Below are positions 50,412 to 64,000 of a DNA stretch of 64,000 nucleotides, in pieces. The first letter of the stretch is position 1, and every line of letters begins with the position of its first letter. Position numbers and translations under genes: made by a program. The notes beneath the pieces were generated by a model. That model was given only the letters and a program-made list of their open reading frames with translations, was not told the DNA's origin and made no database searches. This stretch comes from Macrostomum lignano (Eukaryota), in assembly GCA_002269645.1 (NCBI GenBank), contig NIVC01001206.1, forward strand, positions 233,850-297,849, in the 5' to 3' direction.

Positions 50412-50770
50412 CGGGGCCGTAGCCCAGCGGTAGCGCAGCTGCTCTGGTGTGCCAGCGACCCAGGCTCGATTCCAAGTGCAGTCACATTAATTTGGGGCTG
50501 AATTGGAATCTCGGCTTGGCTCTTCTCGTGCAATTAACGGCCTTGAGAGTCAACCCCCAAGGCGCAGTGAAGTGTACATGCCTAACGATAAAATAAAGTT
50601 AGGGCCGCTGTACACTCCTGTGTGAGTGTGTGCCTGCGTACGTATCCGCGCGCTTGTATGCCTGCTCAGGGGAGTCGGCGGAATGGGCAGCAATGCCTCT
50701 CACCGGTTGTGTGCCTATGTCGTTTAAAGTGCGCCAGGGTGCACACAACCCCATGCCTGTAATAAAAATT
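50412..50770 (+). mobile_element. SINE family 2, copy B, in ankyrin gene intron
   Basis: Near-identical to the reverse complement of 43533-43891; aataaaaa tail. Confidence 0.92.
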
Positions 50771-51034
50771 TTTTTACCCAAGACTTAAGGGTCTTATTTT
50801 GTTAGTAAGTGTCGTTCATTTAAAAAGAATTAACTGTTGTCTCGGATCAAATGCTCGATATTCGTAGTTTGTAATTAAATAAATTCGCTGGATTTATACA
50901 ATAACCCAATTGCAGGAGTACCGTTGGGCATCCGATAGAACTGCTGATTTTTACCCCGGACACGTAAGTTTAAACCAGACGTAGCTAATGAGATGAATTT
51001 TACTAGCAAACTTGAAATCTGTGGACTATAATAA

Positions 51035-56671
<5,637 letters not shown>

Positions 56672-56715
56672 TAATACTATAAGTTGACCGAAATATTCTT
56701 CCCGTCATAATTTAG

Positions 56716-56802
56716 ACCTGAAGCACAGGAAGGCGAAGAAGACACAGATCAACAACAGGAAGAACTCGAAATATCTGCAAGCGAAATTTTCAATGATGCA
56801 GC
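56716..56802 (+). CDS. Probable next exon of the ankyrin gene (PEAQEGEEDTDQQQEELEISASEIFNDA)
   Basis: tttAG acceptor and GTaag donor; phase 2 matches the giant exon; the acidic sequence continues its AEAEATEAQQT tail. Confidence 0.7.
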
Positions 56803-57485
56803 GTAAGCAATGTTACATTTTTATCAGTTTGATAGAAGAAAGGACATACTAAGAAACAGTGCACCATTTAAGAACTTTAAATACAATTGTGAAATTTTTG
56901 CCGGCTATTAAAGCAGTTATTTTATGGTTCATAATTCCCTAAAACTAATTATAAGGCAATGTCTGATCAACGTAACTAAAAAACCACACAGATCGCAACG
57001 CAGCAGATCAACATACAGATCTACCATGCATGCCGTGCGTCACGCTCCGATCCTCGTCTCCGATGGGTTAGTACACATTGCCATACTTCAGGGGTCGGCA
57101 ATTACTGCGGAAAAACTCCCACATACGGCCCGCGAAGCCTCTCTATCCGGCCCTCGGGTTCTTTGAAACTTCACAACGGCAATGCGGCCCGGCCCGCTCA
57201 AGGCTTGTCTCTTCTCAGCTGTCTTTTCTTCTTTCTCTCCTCTCCTCTCTCTGGCTCGCAGTCATACGCTAGATTGTAAAGCTGGCCCGAAGTTTAAAGT
57301 TTGTCGAGCCCTGCCATGCTTCCAACAGTGTATAAGCAGAAACTTTATTTGGAATTACGGGCGCCCGTAACTCTTAGGGGCGCCAATATTTGACGGGCGC
57401 CCGTCTCTTGGTCGGTTATAGAGATTTATTATTAGAACTGGATTTTGAATTCATGAATGCATTTATATGCTCGATTTCTTTGCAG

Positions 57486-57566
57486 AAATTTTATGCAAGA
57501 ACCAGAACACGCGAACCAAGCAGGATCGCTGATATCCAGTCATCATCCCGTGTCTGTAGCTGAAAG
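57486..57566 (+). CDS. Possible further ankyrin-gene exon (NFMQEPEHANQAGSLISSHHPVSVAE); the rest of the 3' end is unresolved
   Basis: ttctttgcAG acceptor, AG|GTttg donor, open in phase 2. Confidence 0.45.
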
Positions 57567-58511
57567 GTTTGTCATCATTTGTAACTTCTTTTTCAATAAG
57601 ATTGGGCTTTTATTTTCTTGCCACAAGTCTGGAACCCAGGTAAAATGTGGGCCGGGGCTGTACCAAAGCTTCTATTTTAAATGAGCAGACACACATGTAG
57701 CCCAAACTTAGACTTCAATACAGCAGTTTAACCTAGGATTTGGCTGCGAACCATGAATTGGTTCAATCCCAAGAAAGCACTCCTGCTACAGAAATTACTA
57801 AAACTATGCATAGACTGGCTCGTGTGCAAACTATGGCTATTTTATAATTATCAACAGGGCCTCGACTGTGGCGTCGGCAAACCTAAGCGACACAAGGCAC
57901 GATTCGCAGTCGATCGCATCCTAAAGGTAAGATTATTATCCCTAATGAATACAAAGTCAAACTCTTACGTTAGTATGAAAATGTAGACTTACACTCGCAT
58001 GCTTTTTTCACCATTTTTCAGGACACAACCACAAATGATCAGCTGACTGATGAAGAATAAACATTTGGAAATGCTTTGACTAAACTTTTCAAGCAGGAAA
58101 TTGTCAAAATTAACTATAGAAGTGTTGTTTGATCGTTATTTATATCCCAAATGAACTTACTCGAAAGAAACTTTTTGTAGTTGGGTAAATTTCTACAGAT
58201 TTTAGTAGGACCTGACAAACTAATTAATTATTAATAATTATATGGAATAACGCAAGAATGTTAAACAGATTAAATTATTAGTAGACCAAACTATTTCGAA
58301 ATTTCTAAGCAAAATTGAGACCCACTAAATTTTTACTACGAAAAAACCGAAGATTCCTCGATAAAGATAAACTTTACTGTAGAATTCGGTAGTATACAGA
58401 CTTTAAAAGATATAGAAATACTTGCAAGTTGTACCCTACCCTTTCTCTCTATATAGGACAACTCTACAGTCTCCATTTTTATACTTCATTAGTTAATACA
58501 TTATTTACATT

Positions 58512-58870
58512 TTTTTTATTAGAGGCAGGGGGGTTGTGTGCACCCTGGCGCACTTTAAGCGACATTGGCACACAACCGGCGAGAGGCATTACTGCCCATT
58601 CCGCCGACTCCCCTGAGCAGGCATACAAGCGCGCGGATACGTACGCAGGCACACACTCACACAGGAGTGTACAGCGGCCCTAACTTTATATTATCGTTAG
58701 GCATGTACACTTCACTGCGCCTTGGGGGGTTGACTCTCAAGGCCGTTAATTGCACGAGCAGAGCCAAGCCGAGATTCCAATTCAGCCCCAAATTAATGTG
58801 ACTGCACTTGGAATCGAGCCTGGGTCGCTGGCACACCAGAGCAGCTGCGCTACCGCTGGGCTACGGCCAA
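58512..58870 (-). mobile_element. SINE family 2, copy C, with 13-bp TSD cattatttacatt
   Basis: Near-identical to copy A; TSD at 58499-58511 and 58872-58884. Confidence 0.92.
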
Positions 58871-59831
58871 CCATTATTTACATTATTAAATTAGTTACAT
58901 TAATTAATACATTATTACAATATTTATACCAAATCTATAATGGTGGTTGTTGTTGTGTGTCTATGTAAGCTTTTTACACTAAACTATTTAATGCACCAAT
59001 AACACATTATATATTTAATCACGTTTTACACAACACTATATCAAAGCTGATTTTCTCAATAATACGGATATAAAATGCTGATGTTTTCTTAACCGTCATA
59101 ATTTGTCTTTTTGCACCGTTTTATCATTTTTTAATAAGGAATCATTATACCTTTTTATTACCTACCAACACCATTCATACGGCCCATTATTCGTTTCCCG
59201 CTTAGTTGGCCTACAAAAACGATAAATTTTCTGTCTATGACATGACAACTCTACTCTCCGTATGTGAATTCTCTACGTTTATAATTCATACGTTGTAGTG
59301 CACTATTATGATATTAATATCAAATATATAATATGGTTGTTGTTTTGTGTGCTTTTCCACTAAACTATTTAATCTATTAATATAACACATTTACATCCTA
59401 TATTTACCTTAATATACTCAATCACGTTTTAACAACAAATATACAAAACGACATGTATTCAAAACTGATTTATTGTTTGATAATAGCAAAATTAGGGATT
59501 TTTTCTACTGTTAAACTGTTTTTTTCTTTTTCTTCTTCTATTTCGACCTTGGCTTTCAATTTGGCAGAATGCCGAAATTTCGGCAGGATGGAGAATGGCT
59601 GACGAAGGACCTCGTCATATAGAGAACCACGGCCGAGACGATGATACACAAATTGGGCACTAAAGACCGTGTTGCGTGGAGGCAACGAGGAGCCGCTGGA
59701 GCCAAATTTTACACCAGCAATGTTGATTGTTGAAGAGGAGAGGGACATGAAGGAGTGAAGAAGAAGATGGAAGACGAAATTCCAGGTGCACCTGGCGTGT
59801 CGGTGCATCACAGATCCTAGAATAAGTAGAT

Positions 59832-60258
59832 GGGCCACTCAGGCATAAATGGAAGGGCCACTCAGGCACGTACTTTGTAAAAAAATTTTAAACTTTCAGT
59901 TCAGTAGCAACGAAGAATACATAAGCTATTTTTATTAAAAGGCAGCTGAAATGACTTTGATAAGTTTAGAATCCCAAGCTTGCAGGCGTAAACAACTTGC
60001 TAATTGGTTCAGCAATATAAGTACGTATGTACATTAGCCAGTCCACTGAAATGTACATGGCAGCTTTAAGCTGGAATTCCAAGAAAGGCAATTAAAATTG
60101 GTGCAAGGCGGGGGTAGTTTCGAAAGGCTCGATTGGGGGTTTAAGCTGGTGGGTAAGAGCCAATAAATGAGCCTTGGCTTTAAAAAAGCATTAAAATGCT
60201 TCTGTTTAACTTACTACTGAACTGAAAGTAGCTTACACGCAAATGTGCGGAGTGGCCC
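59832..60258. mobile_element. MITE, copy 2, TIR gggccactc(a/c)g, with duplicated left end
   Basis: gggccactcaggca at 59832 and 59855; inverse tgcggagtggccc ending at 60258; core shared with 35631-36042. Confidence 0.78.
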
Positions 60259-60942
60259 ATCCAGTTATTCTAGCATCCGTGATGCAGACAGACAAGCAGC
60301 CGTCACCTCCATAGTTGACCATATTAGAAAAATACCAAAATTCAAGTCACTTAAATTTGCCAAAAGTCTTAGATTTAAAAAAAAGTTATACACTTATGGC
60401 GTTATTCCATTTTGAAGGAAAAGTTTAGAGAAAACCGATATGCATTTATTTATTTAGTCAGCACACCAAATCATGCGCAAACCAATAAATGGATAGCCTA
60501 AAGCCCAGCATGATTAAGTCAAAAAGTCAAATTTATTATTAGTAATATATATTACTGGAGATAGGGGCGTACCCCTACACGCAGTGGCTAACAGTTGGAT
60601 TCACTGGAAGCCGAGAATTGCAATACATCAACTAAAACACTGAAAGTGGTGAGATGATCAAGGCCAGCAAGAGTCAGTGCCAGGTGCCAAACAGTCTACA
60701 ACATGCGCAATTGAATTATGAGTAAAAGACTGAATCTGAAATTGCTGATTGAAAAAAGACGCGGAATACAATAGTCAAAGCGAAACCATCAAGATACAGA
60801 ATACTATGAAATACCACGATACTATGAATTATCTTGGCAGACAGGCAGAAATTAATTTTTCGTTAGGCATTAATAAAGATGAGAAAAAATGGGAGAAAAT
60901 GCACTAAAACCGAGAGACGAATTAATGAGCTAGCTTAGTTAA

Positions 60943-63575
60943 TCAGTTGTTATCATCGTCTGAGCTGTCCAGACTGATAACTATTGGCTCTGAGGGTCTT
61001 GGGGCAGCAGGGGCAGGCGGAGGAGGTTGGGGCTGCTGCGGCTCCTGAGCATTCGAAGGCGAGGCCACAGCGTTCGCTGCAGCCGCCGGCGTTGCCGCCG
61101 CTGCCACCGCCGCCCCATCGCCGTCCGTCAACTCATCGTCGCTCTCCGTCAGATCAAAATGATTGACAGTGGCGGCTGCCGCCCTTCCATTCTGAGTCTC
61201 CGATCCAGCAGCAGCCGTGGCAGATGCCGAAGCAGCTGACGGATCCGACGCAGTCGACTTGGCCGCGGCGCCGCTGTCGGCCGCTGGATGGTCAGCCGAG
61301 TCGCGATCGACGGCTGCCGACCAGCTGCCGTCTGGCAGGAACTGCAGCCGCTCCAGCTCGGAGCTGGTCGGGCTGGACAGAACCTCCTGGCGAGCGAGTT
61401 GGGAATGCGTGCAGAATTATCTGACTTCAACTCGCTTTCAATCGTTTCTTCTGATACTCTAATGCCATCTGGGAGATGCTTGCCATCTGGGAGATGCTTG
61501 CCATCTGGGGGATGCTTGCCATCTGGGGGATGCTTGCTAGGTGGGAGAAGCTTGCTATCTGGGAGATGCTTGCCATCTGGGGGATGCTTGCCATCTGGGG
61601 GATGCTTGCTAGGTGGGAGAAGCTTGCTATCTGGGAGATGCTTGCCATCTGGGGGATGCTTGCCATCTGGGGGATGCTTGCTAGGTGGGGGAAGCTTGCT
61701 AGGTGGGGGAAGCTTGCTATCTGGGGGATGATTGCTAGGTGGGAGAAGCTTGCTATCTGGGAGATGCTTGCCATCTGGGGGATGCTTGCCATCTGGGGGA
61801 TGCTTGCTAGGTGGGGGAAGCTTGCTAGGTGGGGGAAGCTTGCTATCTGGGGGATGCTTGCTATCTGGGAGATGCTTGCCATCTGGGGGATGCTTGCCAG
61901 GTGGGAGAAGCTTGCTATCTGGGAGATGCTTGCCATCTGGGGGATGCTTGCCATCTGGGGGATGCTTGCTAGGTGGGGGAAGCTTGCTATCTGGGAGATG
62001 CTTGCCATCTGGGGGATGCTTGCCATCTGGGGGATGCTTGCTAGGTGGGAGAAGCTTGCTATCTGGGAGATGCTTGCCATCTGGGGGATGCTTGCCATCT
62101 GGGGGATGCTTGCTAGGTGGGGGAAGCTTGCTATCTGGGAGATGCTTGCCATCTGGGGGATGCTTGCCATCTGGGGGATGCTTGCCATCTGGGGGATGCT
62201 TGCCATCTGGGGGATGCTTGCTAGGTGGGAGAAGCTTGCTATCTGGGAGATGCTTGCCATCTGGGGGATGCTTGCCATCTGGGGGATGCTTGCTAGGTGG
62301 GGGAAGCTTGCTATCTGGGAGATGCTTGCCATCTGGGGGATGCTTGCTAGGTGGGGGATGCTTGCTAGGTGGGGGAAGCTTGCCATCTTGGGGATGCTTG
62401 CTATCTGGGGGATGCTTGCCATCTGGGGGATGCTTGCTAGGTGGGGGAAGCTTGCCATCTGGGGGATGCTTGCTATCTGGGGGATGCTTGCCATCTGGGG
62501 GATGCTTGCTATTTGGGGATCAATGCTTGAATGCTGTCTGGGGATGCTTGCTGTCTTGGGATGTTTTGTTTTTAGAGGGAATGTCTTGTTTTTTATGAAG
62601 GCTTTATTTCGCTGTCTATTTGTTATTTGTAAAGAACAAAGATTCTATCCAGATGCGCCCCATCGGGGGGCGAAGATTGCTTGTCTGATACTCTAATTGA
62701 GACTAAATTGGATTCATAGATTGAGTCTTCATCGGATGACAAAGACCTCATTCGTCTACGTCTGCCAACTGATTTTTTTATTGTAGATTCCGTACCTTCA
62801 GCCTTCTTGTCAATGACGACTCGGACTTGAATTTATAGGACTACAGAAAGGAGCGATTACCTAGTTACATAGACCAAGAAGCCTCATTGCAGTCAGTGCA
62901 GGTAACACAGGTAAAATAAGATAGAAGTGACTCTTAGACGACTCTAAAACAACCAGATGTCAAGGCACAAGTCGCCAAAAGTCGATCGCATAAGAGTCAA
63001 TTCGACTCTGAAACGACTCTGAGGCGTTCTTTCTGAATATAGCTGTCGCTCTAGTCGTTAAAAAGCAACAAGAGTCGCCTCAGGGTCGCTAGTGAGTTAT
63101 TTGAAATGACTCTTTTATCGATTCTTGTCACGGTAACAAGTTCAACGGGGTGCCTTCAACTCTTTTCAGTGCTGTTCGTGTCTACTGAGAAACTCTTGAA
63201 CTTTCTATCCAAAGTGTTGCAACTATCGCTGATATAACTTACCTGAAAATAGGCATCAATATAGAGCTGGCCATAGGGCGACGGCTGGTCGCAGAACGGG
63301 CACTTCCACACGGGCTTCTTGGCATTCATAGCCAAGTAGGAGTAGGCATCGAAGCACTGCACATGAGAGCAGGCCTCCGATCGCATTGGCGTGCTCATGC
63401 GCATCTTGCCCAGCGGGCACTTCAACGAAGCCACCAGCTCAGTGACGGCCAGCTCGCAGTCGGACGGGCTCAGCTTTTCACGGATCATTGTTCGAGTGAA
63501 ATCGGCCGCGCGAATGCCGCGATCCCGAATCCGATCGATCAGGTCAACCGGGGTCAGGGCGCGGACCAGACAGAT
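60943..63575 (-). CDS. PIAS: PIAS-family SP-RING SUMO E3 ligase, last two exons (63575-63243, 61386-60943); 5' exons lie right of the window
   Basis: LVRALT..DLIDRIRDRGIR..DFTR.MIREKL, SLKCPLGKMRM..PMRS..CSHVQCFDA..YL.MN.KKPVWKCPFCD, LQFLPDGSW, and SIM-like FDLTESDDE and VISLDSSDDD. Phase-0 GT-AG joins. Confidence 0.9.
61455..62520. repeat. 18-bp minisatellite (gccatctgggggatgctt / gctaggtgggagaagctt), ~59 copies, in PIAS intron
   Basis: Tandem units; the source of the MLAIWG and MASIPQ pseudo-ORFs. Confidence 0.96.
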
Positions 63576-63624
63576 CTTACGGGGTTTTATTGTTTTGTAT
63601 ATGAAATATGAATGTAATAACTAT

Positions 63625-63945
63625 TATACAATAAAATAATGATAATAATTGATGACACCGCCCAAATTGGACCAGATGTGCAACCAACAACTCAGCCGCA
63701 GCTATTGGGCGGCGCATCTAAAGGGTGCGTACGGCTGTTCAGTCCAAGGACTGGGGGGGTCGCCACACGCACCCTCAATTAACCTCAGCTAATGCTGGCA
63801 CCCATCTTACAGCTGGGTGAACTAAAGCATTGCAGAGTTAAGTGTCTTGCTGAAGGACACAAAATTGTTCCGAGTGGGATCGGGAATCGAACCCCCGACC
63901 TTCAAGTCGTGGGTCCGACGCTCTAAACACTAGGCTACAACCCCC
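63625..63945 (-). mobile_element. SINE family 1, copy C (full head), in PIAS intron
   Basis: Reverse strand ggggttgtagcctagtgtttagagcg (A-box) ... ggttcgattccc (B-box), central domain and TTA-rich tail. Confidence 0.9.
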
Positions 63946-64000
63946 GATAAAAGCAACATCAAAAAGAAAATGGCCGGGTGAGGGGTCACTGCTCTCCTAC

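Noticed and set aside
43533-50770. Composite transposon formed by inverted repeats flanking the ankyrin exon
   Set aside because: The repeats are SINEs with their own tails, copy A has its own TSD, a third copy lies elsewhere, and the gene appears to continue beyond the right-hand copy.
59470-59838. 122-aa minus-strand ORF as a PIAS exon
   Set aside because: PIAS already stops at 60943, the ORF begins at a MITE edge, and it has no recognisable motif.

Overview
This is eukaryotic (animal) genomic DNA, not a prokaryotic locus. GC-rich spliced exons alternate with AT-rich, repeat-filled introns and spacers. The style resembles the flatworm Macrostomum lignano, but that is an inference and was not verified. 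Seven protein-coding genes can be reconstructed from GT-AG splice sites: a BTB-BACK (Kelch-like) gene (-, partial), ALG1 (-), an otopetrin proton channel (+), an RBM12-like RRM protein (+, one apparent 1-nt frameshift), 1-Cys peroxiredoxin PRDX6 (-), a giant ankyrin-repeat gene with one 5.4-kb exon (+), and a PIAS-type SUMO E3 ligase (-, partial). Around and inside them lie 14 different minisatellite arrays, three mariner elements (one nested in another), several MITEs, two tRNA-derived SINE families (3 copies each) and a head-to-tail pair of non-autonomous Helitrons. The most unusual signals are: (1) a bounded ~11 kb transposon domain with directional C-to-T decay at CpG and apparently CpA, plus a cluster of TAGGCCTA palindromes; (2) a minisatellite built from the 5' head of a SINE; (3) absence of GT on the sense strand in most intronic minisatellite units; (4) the compositionally atypical ankyrin exon. 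No CRISPR array, rRNA or convincing tRNA gene was found. Many ORFs in the supplied track are artefacts of repeats or GC-rich shadow frames.
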